From a virus, in the IMG/VR virus record IMGVR_UViG_3300032238_000944, positions 1 through 64,000 of that record: DNA of 64,000 nt, one strand, 5' to 3'. Numbering within the stretch: position 1 is the first letter of the stretch; every line of letters starts with the position of its first letter. Below the pieces are notes generated by a model. That model did no database searches. It had not been told where the DNA came from and worked only from the letters and a program-made list of their open reading frames with translations. The position numbers and the translations under genes were made by a program. Of this stretch, positions 9,337-19,233 are shown in pieces.

Positions 9337-9986
9337 GTAAAAGTTCCTACTTTATAGATAAAGTAAAGAAGTGTGAAGTAAAAGATTTACTCAACACTTT
9401 TCATTATCTTAAAGATGAATCTAAAGATTTTAAAGTAAGTCCTTACTCATATGGTCTCTACAGAAACACTGTTACAGATATTCTGCACGTTGGCGGTTGT
9501 CTTGGTGTTTGCATCTTTACTAAAATCCCAGTCCCCGAAATAGCAGTAGGTGCATTTGGATTACAAAGACATGAGCAAGAAGGACTTTATGAACTTTCAA
9601 GACTTTGTATTCATCCAAATGTTCAAAAAGAAGAATATAATATTACAAGTTGGTTTGTAAGTCGCTGCATTAAGAGGTTTAGAAAAGATGCAAAGGTTCG
9701 TGCTATTCTTAGTTATGCTGACTCTAATTACCACACTGGAGTTATATACAGAGCTTGTAATTTTAAGTACTACGGTCTAAGTGACCCAAAAAAAGATTTC
9801 TATTATACTGATGGCACAAAACATTCAAGAGGTAGTATTCGTGGCATTGATGGTGAGTGGCGTGATCGCAGCCGTAAACATCGCTATCTTATGGTATTCG
9901 ACAAAACGCTGAATGTCTTGTGGAAAGAAGAAAAATATGGTATAATAGACAAGTGTGAAGGAAGTGCAAATGGGGAGATTGCTTAG
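9333..9986 (+). CDS. Mom-family (GNAT-fold) DNA-modification protein
   Basis: FHYL, YELSRLC, SWFVSR, ILSYADS...HTGVIYRACNF.YYG motifs of phage Mu Mom-like proteins. Confidence 0.75.
   Translation: MSKSSYFIDKVKKCEVKDLLNTFHYLKDESKDFKVSPYSYGLYRNTVTDILHVGGCLGVCIFTKIPVPEIAVGAFGLQRHEQEGLYELSRLCIHPNVQKEEYNITSWFVSRCIKRFRKDAKVRAILSYADSNYHTGVIYRACNFKYYGLSDPKKDFYYTDGTKHSRGSIRGIDGEWRDRSRKHRYLMVFDKTLNVLWKEEKYGIIDKCEGSANGEIA
9918..9946 (+). promoter_or_regulatory. Sigma70-type promoter inside the 3' end of the Mom-like gene
   Basis: TTGTGG 9918-9923, 17-nt spacer, extended -10 TGG-TATAAT 9941-9946. Confidence 0.6.
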
Positions 9987-10002
9987 GCAGTCTCCCTTTT
10001 TT
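9953..10002 (+). ncRNA. Candidate ~50-nt small RNA
   Basis: Bounded by the promoter at 9918-9946 and the terminator at 9973-10002; 5' end GTGTGAAGGAAGT. Confidence 0.5.
9973..10002 (+). terminator. Rho-independent terminator
   Basis: GGGAGATTGC-TTAG-GCAGTCTCCC followed by TTTTTT. Confidence 0.9.
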
Positions 10003-10008
10003 CGTTTG

Positions 10009-10015
10009 ATAAATA
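10009..10015 (+). promoter_or_regulatory. T4-type late promoter (ATAAATA); further copies at 17238, 19208, 22474, 38438, 38734, 39400, 48189, 62572
   Basis: (T)ATAAATA 17-40 nt upstream of structural gene starts, matching the T4 gp55 late promoter TATAAATA. Confidence 0.8.
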
Positions 10016-10045
10016 ACTTATAACGGAAACTATAGATTTAATAAG

Positions 10046-13000
10046 ATGGGTCTCTCACGTCTAGATAATTTTCTGAAATCAGTTCGTGGCACAATTCTCT
10101 ACGTTGATCCAAGCAGTCTGGATGCAACAGATAGTATTGAAAATCAAGGAAATTCGCTAACCCGTCCATTTAAAACGATTCAGAGAGCCCTTGTAGAAGC
10201 AGCAAGATTTTCATATCAAAGAGGTCTTGATAATGATAGATTTGCTAAGACCACAATTCTTTTATATCCTGGAGAGCACTTTATTGATAATAGACCTGGA
10301 TGGATTCCTGATGGAGCATCCAATTTTAGAATGAGGGATGGAAGCACTACAAATGATTTTCCTCAATGGTCAATTACATCAAATTTTGACATAACTTCAA
10401 CAAATAATGCTCTTTATAAAATGAATAGTATTCACGGGGGTGTTATCATTCCTCGTGGTACTTCGATCGTTGGTATGGATCTTCGTAAAACAAAGATTCG
10501 TCCTCTTTATGTTCCAGCACCAGAAAATAACAATATTGAACGTTCATCAGTTTTCAAAGTAACTGGTGCTTGTTACTTATGGCAATTTACGATTCTTGAT
10601 GCAGATCCTAATGGTATTTGCTACAAGGATTATACAACCAACACTTTTGTTCCTAATTTTTCACATCATAAACTCAGTGGATTTGAATATGCTGATGGTG
10701 TAAATAATGTTAAAATTGATGATACATTCCAGACTTGGGAAACGGCTCGTACCGATCTGGATATGTATTATGAAAAAGTTGAACTTGCATATGGTTCAAC
10801 AAGTGGCAGACCAATTGAACCCGATTATCCTTCCGCAAGTGAAGATCTTCAACCAATTATTGATGAATATCGGATTGTTGGATCTCGTGGCGCGGCAGTA
10901 GGAATTACTAGTATTCGTTCTGGTAATGGTATTACTGGAAATACTACAATTACAGTTACATTTGAACAATCATTTGAAAATCAATTGAGTGTTGATACAC
11001 CAATTCAAATTCAAGGTATTCAAGCAGCAGGATATGATGGGCAATATGTTGTAAGTGCTGTTAATAGTACGACAGAAATTCAGTATAAAGTTCAAAACGT
11101 TCCTACAAATCTTCTTCCGCCAACTACTGGTGCTACATTAAACATTGCAGTTGATACAGTTACTTCAGCATCGCCATATATCTTTAACATATCCTTGCGT
11201 TCTGTTTATGGTATGTGTGGTATGCTTGCTGATGGCAGCAAGGCCGATGGATTTAAATCAATGGTTGTTGCTCAATACACGGGTATTTGGCTTCAAAAAG
11301 ATGATAATGCATTTGTAAAATATGATTCTACTTCAGGAACATATAGAGATTCTACAGCAATCACCAATCTTCATAGTGATTCAAGAGCAAGATTTAAACC
11401 AACTTATGAAAATTTCCATATTAAAGCAATTAATAATTCATATGTACAGTTAGTTTCTGTTTTTGCAATTGGTTATGCTCAACATTTTGCAGTTGAATCT
11501 GGTGGAGATTTTTCGATCAATAATTCCAATTCAAACTTTGGTTCAAAAGCATTAACTGCAACTGGATTTAGAAGCACAGCATTCCCAAGAGATGATATTG
11601 GATATATTACTCACGTTATTGGACCAAAAGAAATTGAGACCGAAGAAGTTAGCGTCAACTTTGGTGCAATTGATATTACAAATACAGTAGGCATTGCATC
11701 TACAACAAGACTTTATTTGTATGGGGAAACTGATGTAAATTCTTCCCCAAGTAGTGTGATTGATGGATATAGAATTGGTGCAAAAGTTAATGATACATTA
11801 TATGTTGAGCTTTCTAATTCTGGAGTAACAACAACATATTCGGCACGTATTGTAATGCCGAATACTCAATATTCATCTGAAAAAATTATTCCTGTTGGTA
11901 GATCTGTTTCAGGAATTAATAGCATTGCTTCAAATATCTTTACTTTAACTGGCACACATTCATTCTTAAATGGCGAATCAATTCGTGTAATTGCCGATAA
12001 TGCTCACCTTCCCGATGGCCTTGAAACAAATCAAATTTATTATGCAATTACGAATACTACATCGGTAGGTCTTGGAAGTGATCAAATTAAAGTTGCACAA
12101 ACTTTAAATGATGCGATCAATGATAATGAATTGGATGTTAATTCAAAAGGTGGAGTTTTAAAAATTGTTTCCAGAGTTTCTGATAAAAATTCTGGAGATA
12201 TTGGCTATCCAATTCAATGGGATAGTACACAATCTCAATGGTATATTGGTGTTGCCACGGATAATGGAATTTATCCTGTCTTAAATACTGCATCCTATGG
12301 GACTGCAACTCCAAGAACATATTTAACCAGAACTCCAGACAATAGAGGAGTTGTTGATACATCATATCGTGTTCGTTATGTAATTCCAAAAGATGCTACA
12401 ACTCTTGCAAGACCACCTTTGGATGGTTATATTCTTCAAGAGTCTAATGATGTGATTGGTGCAGGAACCACTGAAATTCAAAAATATTTCAATCCAACTG
12501 GAGCAACTCTGTCAAACTCTACAGAGTTAAGAAACTTTAGATTTATTTCTGGTGCAGAATGGGCATCGGGAACTGCAAAAGTTTCTACAGAACTCCCACA
12601 CGATTTATCTGTTGGTGCTGAAGTTGAAATTATTAATGTTCTCAGCACAAATAACCTTACGGGTATTGCAAATTCTGCATATAATGGTACTCATACAATT
12701 ACTGGTATCAGTAGTGCAAAACAATTTAGTTTTGCTTTAACAAATAATCCAGGAACATTCTCAAATGATACTACTGCTAGAACCGGTAGTCTTCCATATT
12801 TTAGAAGAAAAAGATTGGCTTCTACCTATCAAGTTTATAGAAGTCAAGAAGTTCAACCATATATTCAAGGTGCTCAAGATGGTATCTATCATTTAATTCT
12901 AATTAATTCATCAAATTCTCCAACTGTTGCACCTTTTACAGATTTAAAATTCTTACAACCAGTACAAAATCTTTATCCTCAAACAAATAGAGATAATCCA

Positions 13001-16000
13001 AACTCAGATCCAGTTTCAACAAAAACTTTTGCAGTTGCAGAACCAATTGGACGTGTTGTAATCAATGACCCACAAAATAGTCTTACAAGAGAAACTATTG
13101 AGAAAAATTTATTTGACTTCAATGTCGGCGTTGGTTTAACAAACATTATTTCTTCTGGAGTCAGTACTCATACATTATATTCTGCAATTGATCATGGACT
13201 TTGTGGTATCACATCCGTTAGCATTGCAAATGCAGGTGCTGGTTATTCTTCAGGTATATATTATGGTGCTCGCCTCATCAATCCAGTTGGCGGAGCAACA
13301 ACAAGTGGAAAAAATGCCACAGCAAGAGTAACCGTAAGTGCTGGTGGAACTATCACAAATGTCACCATTATGGATGGTGGTAGCGCATATGGAGTTGGAA
13401 CTACATTATCAATTGCTGGTATTACAACTGTTTCTGGATATTCACCTTCAGTATTGACAATTACAAATATTTACAATAACGTTGGTGATTGTATCAGTAT
13501 TTCTGGAGTTTCTTCTAATTCATATCAACCATATAATAATCTTTATAAGATTACCTCCGTAACTTCACCAACTCAAATTGAAGTTCAATCTTCAGAGACA
13601 ATTTCTCCTCTTGGGCCATCAATTGCAGGTATCGGTTCCACATTAACAGCAAATGCAACTGCAATTCTGACTGGAAAAGCACTTTCTGTTACTCTCTTAA
13701 CTTATGATTATTCATCTGGAATTGGTACTCTGACATTCCCAACTGCTCACGGATTTAGAGTTAATCAAAAACTTCGTATTGGCGGTGCTGATCAATCATT
13801 CTTTAATGATGATTTCATTGTCAAAACTATTAACAGTTCAACATCTCTTGCAGTAGCAATTGGTGCATCTACAGCAGGAATTAATACAGGCGGTACAATG
13901 ACTGCCTATCGTCCATTCTTGTCATCTTATGGCGGAGATTTGACTAGAGATAATGAAAATACTTCTGGACGTTTAATTGCACCATATGCAGGTATTACAA
14001 CTACCTTAGGAACAAACTTTGCTTCCACTGCATCAGATGTTGATCCAATCGTCATTCCAAATGCAGATATTTTGGGATTGAAGATTGGTGATTACCTGCA
14101 GATTGATGATGAAATTGTCAGAATCAGAACAAATGTGTCTGGAAGTACCGTTTATGTCTTCCGTTCATTATTTGGAACTCAAAGACAAAATCACCAGTCA
14201 GGCACTGCAGTCAGAAAAATTAAGCCTCAACCAATTGAATTCCGTAGAAATTCAATCATTCGTGCATCGGGACATACCTTTGAATATCTTGGATATGGAC
14301 CTGGTAACTATTCCACTGCATTCCCAGAAAGACAAGACCGTATTCTGACCGCACAAGAAGTACTTCTTGCACAATCAGTAAAACTTGACGGTGGTGTCAG
14401 TATTTACACTGGAATGGATGATAAAGGTAACTTCTACACAGGTAATAAGAAGTTAAATTCTGCTACTGGACAAGAAGAAGTCTATGATGCTCCAATTCCT
14501 ACCACAACAGGTGAAGATCCTGGAACTGGTGGTGTAAATGTTGGATTTGATGTTCTTTCTCCACTTGAAGTTTCTGTAAATCGTTCTCTTCGTGTTGAAG
14601 GTGGTCAAGATAACAATCTTATTTCTCAATTTGATGGTCCTGTTGTTTTCAATAACAAAGTTACAACAAATTCAGAAAAAGGTATTGAAGCAAAATCATT
14701 ATTTGTTCAGGGTAATGCTGATGTATCGCGTAAATTTACAGTTGGCGTTGGATCAACTCCAACATCTTCTGGAAACCCAGGAGACATTATTACTAGAGCA
14801 TTCCCAGAACATAACAAATATCTTGGTTGGATTTATACATTAGATAATTATTGGGAACCATTTGGATTTATTGGAACTCTTCCAAATGGCCTTGTCTTTG
14901 GTGCAGCAAATCAAGTTCTGTATAAAAACCCACTGGGACAAAATGCAGGTAACAATGATTTCTTATTCCAAAATAATTCTACATTAATCATTGGTATTGG
15001 CGCATCAACCAATGTTGCCAATCAAAAACTACAAGTTGGTGGTGGTGCATATCTAAATGGATTTGTTGGTATTGCATCTTCGGCACCTTCAGCAGCTCTT
15101 GACGTTGTTGGAAATGCAAGAATAAGTGGTATTGTTACCATTGGTACAGCATCAGTTACTATCAATGGCAATACTAATACTATTACTGCTGGCATCACAT
15201 CCATTAAATCTGGAATTATTACCGCAACATCAGGAATTGTTACTTATTATGGTGATGGACAATATCTTCAAAATATTGATACTTCAAGTTGGGCAAATGT
15301 TCCTGTTGGACTCGGAACTGGAATTTATTCTAAGTCATTGCTTCGTGTTGGAATCGGAACTATCCTCCCTCAAAGTCAATTAGATGTTGTCAGTGGACTT
15401 TCAACAAGTGTTGATGCAAAACTTGCAAGGTTCTCAGCACCAGATCTTGGGATTGGCTCAGTTACAAGCATTGCATTCGGAAAACAGTTTTCAAATTTCC
15501 AATCATCACTCTTTGCATATAATTATTTTGGAAGTTCTGCATCTAGTGGTTCCTTCCTTTCCATTAGTCATTCAGGACAAGGCAATACTCTTGTAGTTGC
15601 TGATAGTGATCGTGTTGGTGTGGGAATCGCAAATCCACAAGCAAAACTTCATGTTTCTGGAGATGGAAGATTTGATAGCAATGTGGTGATTAGCGGTGCT
15701 CTAAGTGTAAATAGCAATGTGGTGATTAGCGGTGCTCTAAATGTAACTGGTGATATTACAGCATTCTATACTTCTGACCAAAGACTGAAAGATAACATCA
15801 CTCCAATTCCAAATGCATTAGATAAAGTACTTTCAATTAGTGGTAATACATTTGATTGGAACGAAAAATCTGGCAAAGAAGGAACTGATGTTGGTGTTGT
15901 TGCACAAGAAATTCTGGAAGTTCTTCCAGAAGCAGTTACCACAAGAGATAATGGATATCTTGCTGTTCGTTATGAAAAACTTGTACCACTTCTGATTGAA

Positions 16001-16051
16001 GCAATTAAAGAACTTAAACAAGAAGTAAAAGAACTTAAAGGAGAAAACTAA
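10046..16051 (+). CDS. Large tail-fibre / virion protein with C-terminal intramolecular chaperone (peptidase S74)
   Basis: 2001 aa; ILYVDP...GNSLTRPFKTIQRAL N-terminus, VGIG repeats, C-terminal SDQRLKDNI...GVVAQE...L.PLLIEAIKEL. Confidence 0.85.
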   Translation: MGLSRLDNFLKSVRGTILYVDPSSLDATDSIENQGNSLTRPFKTIQRALVEAARFSYQRGLDNDRFAKTTILLYPGEHFIDNRPGWIPDGASNFRMRDGSTTNDFPQWSITSNFDITSTNNALYKMNSIHGGVIIPRGTSIVGMDLRKTKIRPLYVPAPENNNIERSSVFKVTGACYLWQFTILDADPNGICYKDYTTNTFVPNFSHHKLSGFEYADGVNNVKIDDTFQTWETARTDLDMYYEKVELAYGSTSGRPIEPDYPSASEDLQPIIDEYRIVGSRGAAVGITSIRSGNGITGNTTITVTFEQSFENQLSVDTPIQIQGIQAAGYDGQYVVSAVNSTTEIQYKVQNVPTNLLPPTTGATLNIAVDTVTSASPYIFNISLRSVYGMCGMLADGSKADGFKSMVVAQYTGIWLQKDDNAFVKYDSTSGTYRDSTAITNLHSDSRARFKPTYENFHIKAINNSYVQLVSVFAIGYAQHFAVESGGDFSINNSNSNFGSKALTATGFRSTAFPRDDIGYITHVIGPKEIETEEVSVNFGAIDITNTVGIASTTRLYLYGETDVNSSPSSVIDGYRIGAKVNDTLYVELSNSGVTTTYSARIVMPNTQYSSEKIIPVGRSVSGINSIASNIFTLTGTHSFLNGESIRVIADNAHLPDGLETNQIYYAITNTTSVGLGSDQIKVAQTLNDAINDNELDVNSKGGVLKIVSRVSDKNSGDIGYPIQWDSTQSQWYIGVATDNGIYPVLNTASYGTATPRTYLTRTPDNRGVVDTSYRVRYVIPKDATTLARPPLDGYILQESNDVIGAGTTEIQKYFNPTGATLSNSTELRNFRFISGAEWASGTAKVSTELPHDLSVGAEVEIINVLSTNNLTGIANSAYNGTHTITGISSAKQFSFALTNNPGTFSNDTTARTGSLPYFRRKRLASTYQVYRSQEVQPYIQGAQDGIYHLILINSSNSPTVAPFTDLKFLQPVQNLYPQTNRDNPNSDPVSTKTFAVAEPIGRVVINDPQNSLTRETIEKNLFDFNVGVGLTNIISSGVSTHTLYSAIDHGLCGITSVSIANAGAGYSSGIYYGARLINPVGGATTSGKNATARVTVSAGGTITNVTIMDGGSAYGVGTTLSIAGITTVSGYSPSVLTITNIYNNVGDCISISGVSSNSYQPYNNLYKITSVTSPTQIEVQSSETISPLGPSIAGIGSTLTANATAILTGKALSVTLLTYDYSSGIGTLTFPTAHGFRVNQKLRIGGADQSFFNDDFIVKTINSSTSLAVAIGASTAGINTGGTMTAYRPFLSSYGGDLTRDNENTSGRLIAPYAGITTTLGTNFASTASDVDPIVIPNADILGLKIGDYLQIDDEIVRIRTNVSGSTVYVFRSLFGTQRQNHQSGTAVRKIKPQPIEFRRNSIIRASGHTFEYLGYGPGNYSTAFPERQDRILTAQEVLLAQSVKLDGGVSIYTGMDDKGNFYTGNKKLNSATGQEEVYDAPIPTTTGEDPGTGGVNVGFDVLSPLEVSVNRSLRVEGGQDNNLISQFDGPVVFNNKVTTNSEKGIEAKSLFVQGNADVSRKFTVGVGSTPTSSGNPGDIITRAFPEHNKYLGWIYTLDNYWEPFGFIGTLPNGLVFGAANQVLYKNPLGQNAGNNDFLFQNNSTLIIGIGASTNVANQKLQVGGGAYLNGFVGIASSAPSAALDVVGNARISGIVTIGTASVTINGNTNTITAGITSIKSGIITATSGIVTYYGDGQYLQNIDTSSWANVPVGLGTGIYSKSLLRVGIGTILPQSQLDVVSGLSTSVDAKLARFSAPDLGIGSVTSIAFGKQFSNFQSSLFAYNYFGSSASSGSFLSISHSGQGNTLVVADSDRVGVGIANPQAKLHVSGDGRFDSNVVISGALSVNSNVVISGALNVTGDITAFYTSDQRLKDNITPIPNALDKVLSISGNTFDWNEKSGKEGTDVGVVAQEILEVLPEAVTTRDNGYLAVRYEKLVPLLIEAIKELKQEVKELKGEN
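15675..15746 (+). repeat. 36-bp in-frame tandem duplication
   Basis: atagcaatgtggtgattagcggtgctctaa(g/a)tgtaa x2, one mismatch; encodes SNVVISGAL(S/N)V x2. Confidence 0.95.
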
Positions 16052-17218
16052 ATGTCTCTTCAAGCTTCAGGACAAATAAGTGCTTCTCAAATTAGAAACG
16101 AATTTGGAGCAACCAGTGGAACTTCTGTGAGATTTGGTGCTTATAGAGTAAGTCAAACAGTTTCCGCTTTGACTAATATGCCGTTGGATGCTGGTATTCC
16201 ACAATCAGGATCTATAAGGTTTAGTAATTTTTATTCCAAAAAACTTAATGTGGTTGTTGATTATACATCATCAACACCAGTAACTAAAGTTAATGCTAAA
16301 AATGATTATGATGCAAATAGTAGAGTTGTTGTGGTTGGCGGATTTAAACAAAGACCTGCAGATCCAGCAGGAACAAAAGTATGGATTCATACCAATGGCG
16401 ATATTGGATCTGATGCAAAAAGCACAACTAAAGAACGTTGTTCACTTATAACTGGAGCTTGGTCATCAACAACAGATTTAAGACTTGATATTGGTCCTAA
16501 TGGTAGGGTAGTGGGCGCTGGTGGTGATGGTGGAGATGGTGGATATGAGTTTGGTAGCCAAAGAGGTTGTCAAGTATTTCCAGGTAATCCTGGATCAAAT
16601 GGAACAAGTGCTATTGGAATAACTACCCCAAATATTATAGTTACCAATCGTGGAATTATTCAAGCAGGTGGCGGTGGTGGTGGAGGAGGAGGTGCTGCTG
16701 CTGCCATTAATCAAAATACTGGAGACCCAGATGAGGTTCATGGATCTGGTGGAGGTGGTGGAGGTGGTGGTATTGGATATCCTGGAGGAACTGGTGGTAC
16801 AGGAGGGACATCAACCCCAAGTGGAAATGGCAGACTAACACCAAGACCTGGAACAAATGGAACTTCAGGAACAATATCTTCATCTGGAAATGGAGGTGCT
16901 GGTGGTTCATTTGGAATTGAAGGGCAATCAGGTGCCTCTCTTGGTGGAGGAGGTGGTGGTGGAGGAACCAGTGGACTTGGAGGAGACACACCCAATGGTA
17001 CTAATGATGGAACAGCAGGAACCATAATTAGAGGAGGAACTGGTGCTAATGGTATTGCACGTGGATTTGGTAGTGGTGGTACTTCCAAAACTGCTGTTGG
17101 AGCAGCAGGTGGTGATTCTGGATATGCTATTATAGTAATTGGTTCTGGAACTGGAGTAACTATTACCAATACTGGAACAATTAAGGGAATTACTATATAC
17201 AGCACAACACCATCATGA
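16052..17218 (+). CDS. Glycine-rich tail adhesin (gp38-like polyglycine type)
   Basis: SGQIS.SQI..EFG and SGSI.FSNFY N-terminus, IQAGGGGGGGGG tracts, C-terminal GG..GYAI; directly after the S74 fibre. Confidence 0.75.
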   Translation: MSLQASGQISASQIRNEFGATSGTSVRFGAYRVSQTVSALTNMPLDAGIPQSGSIRFSNFYSKKLNVVVDYTSSTPVTKVNAKNDYDANSRVVVVGGFKQRPADPAGTKVWIHTNGDIGSDAKSTTKERCSLITGAWSSTTDLRLDIGPNGRVVGAGGDGGDGGYEFGSQRGCQVFPGNPGSNGTSAIGITTPNIIVTNRGIIQAGGGGGGGGGAAAAINQNTGDPDEVHGSGGGGGGGGIGYPGGTGGTGGTSTPSGNGRLTPRPGTNGTSGTISSSGNGGAGGSFGIEGQSGASLGGGGGGGGTSGLGGDTPNGTNDGTAGTIIRGGTGANGIARGFGSGGTSKTAVGAAGGDSGYAIIVIGSGTGVTITNTGTIKGITIYSTTPS

Positions 17219-17277
17219 GAATGTGATGTTTTTCAAATATAAATAATAAAAAGTAACCGAGGGGAGAGTGAACCTCA

Positions 17278-19200
17278 ATGGCAGGAATTAATAAGAATTT
17301 TGTAGTTAAACATGGTTTACAGGTTAGCAATAACTTAATTGTTGCTGACGAAACCAAATATACTGTGGGTATTGGAACCAGCGTATCCAACTCCAGCTAC
17401 CGTCTTCACGTCAATGGTGGGATTGGAGCAACAGATTTAAAAGTTTCTGGTATTGGTACATTTGATTATATTCATCTAAATGGAACTGTAGCTGCTGGAA
17501 CTAGTCAAGGTGCCATTGGACAATATCTTGTTCGTGTCGGAACTGGAGTTACTTGGCAAAATTTACCATCAACAAGAAGTTCTCAAACATTTACAGCCTC
17601 TGTAGGACAAACAGTATTTTTCTTTTCTTATACTGTCGGTTATTTGGACGTATTTGTTAATGGCGTAAAATTATCTTCAAGTGAATATACTGCTAATGAT
17701 ACAGCATCGGTTATTTTAAATACTGCTTGTTTTGGTGAAGAAACTGTAGAATTAATTTCTTATAGTTCAGTTAATCCTGGGTATGGATATACTGGAATTT
17801 ATGGTATTTCTTTATTTGAAGATGGATCTCCCGTAGGCACTACGGGACAAGTTGTGGCATTAAATTTTGTAGGTGCTGCAGTAACTGCAACGGCCACTGG
17901 AGTTGCTGCAACTGTTTACCTAACTGAAAATTGGACAAAAAATAGTCAAGGAGTTTATAGTCTTAATTCTGTTGGAGTTGGAACTACAAATCCAAGATTT
18001 GCCTTAGAAGTTGGCGCTGTGGGTGCATCAGGAACTTCATTATGGGTCAATGGAAATGCAAGAGTTACTGGAATTCTAACCGTTGGAAGTTCAAGTATTG
18101 TTTTAGATGGATCAAACAATACAATCAATGTTGGTTCTGGAGTTACAATCAACGGAAATACTGGTATTGTAAGTGCATCCAATTTTTATGCAAATGGAAT
18201 TCAAGTCGGGGTTATTTCAGCCACAACGATTGTTTATCAAGGTTCAACTTTAGCTTCCTCACAATGGGTAACAACAGCAGCAGGAATTCATACACTTTCT
18301 AGTGTTGGCATAGGAACCACAAATCCAACCAGTGCTCTTACAGTAGTTGGTAGTGGAACCTCAACATCACAACTTTATGTAACTGGTGTTTCTACATTTA
18401 CCGGCACAACAAATTTAGCGACTACAAATATCAGTGGAGATTTAACATTTACAGGAAATAATGATCTTTACTTAAAAGATAATGGAGTTATTAACTTTGG
18501 GGATAGTAATGATCTCCAAATTTATCATAATAGTTCTGTAAGTGTCATTAGTGATGGTGGAACTGGTGGATTATTAATACAATCAGATAATGAAATTAAA
18601 CTTGCTAAAAATGGAACAGGAAATGATAATTTAGCAGTATTCACTCCAGATGGACCAGTAGAACTTTACTATGATAACTCTAAGAAATTTGAAACCCTTG
18701 GTGCTGGTGTAACAGTCACTGGAACTACCTTCACAAACCAGTTAAGCGTTTCTGGTGTTTCTACATTTAAAAATACTGTTTCGGTTGACAATTATCTCGT
18801 TGTCAATCAAACATCAACTAATCCTAGCGTTACTGTGGATGTTGGTGGTAATACTGCCATTGCAATGTATTATGACACATCATCACTTCAAAGTTATCTT
18901 TATTCTGGCAATAAAAATTTAAACATTAAAGTTTATTCTCCACAAAATGTTAACATTATGTCAGGTGATTATAATTTGGCATCATTTAATAGTAATAGTG
19001 CAGCACAACTTTATAAAGGTGTAATAGTCACAGGATCAACTACTACAGATCAGTTAAGTGTTTCTGGTGTTTCTACTTGTACTGGAAGTGTAAGAGTTGG
19101 TGTTAGCACTGCTGCAGGTGTCATTCTTACTTCACCTAATGGAACCAAGTATCAACTATTTGTTGAAAATGGTGGCACTTTGAAAACAGTTGCAGTATAA
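17278..19200 (+). CDS. Tail-fibre protein
   Basis: NFVVKHGL start, LDVFVNGVKL, VGIGTTNP and VSGVST repeats, GDSNDLQIYH, VELYYDNSKKFET modules. Confidence 0.8.
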   Translation: MAGINKNFVVKHGLQVSNNLIVADETKYTVGIGTSVSNSSYRLHVNGGIGATDLKVSGIGTFDYIHLNGTVAAGTSQGAIGQYLVRVGTGVTWQNLPSTRSSQTFTASVGQTVFFFSYTVGYLDVFVNGVKLSSSEYTANDTASVILNTACFGEETVELISYSSVNPGYGYTGIYGISLFEDGSPVGTTGQVVALNFVGAAVTATATGVAATVYLTENWTKNSQGVYSLNSVGVGTTNPRFALEVGAVGASGTSLWVNGNARVTGILTVGSSSIVLDGSNNTINVGSGVTINGNTGIVSASNFYANGIQVGVISATTIVYQGSTLASSQWVTTAAGIHTLSSVGIGTTNPTSALTVVGSGTSTSQLYVTGVSTFTGTTNLATTNISGDLTFTGNNDLYLKDNGVINFGDSNDLQIYHNSSVSVISDGGTGGLLIQSDNEIKLAKNGTGNDNLAVFTPDGPVELYYDNSKKFETLGAGVTVTGTTFTNQLSVSGVSTFKNTVSVDNYLVVNQTSTNPSVTVDVGGNTAIAMYYDTSSLQSYLYSGNKNLNIKVYSPQNVNIMSGDYNLASFNSNSAAQLYKGVIVTGSTTTDQLSVSGVSTCTGSVRVGVSTAAGVILTSPNGTKYQLFVENGGTLKTVAV

Positions 19201-19233
19201 CATACCAATAAATAAAGATATCAGGAGAAACCA

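Noticed and set aside
11278-11301. Trp in YTGIWLQKDD where I would expect Gly
   Set aside because: Expectation rests on memory of homologs; the frame is intact and it could be a local base-calling error or a simple variant; needs an alignment
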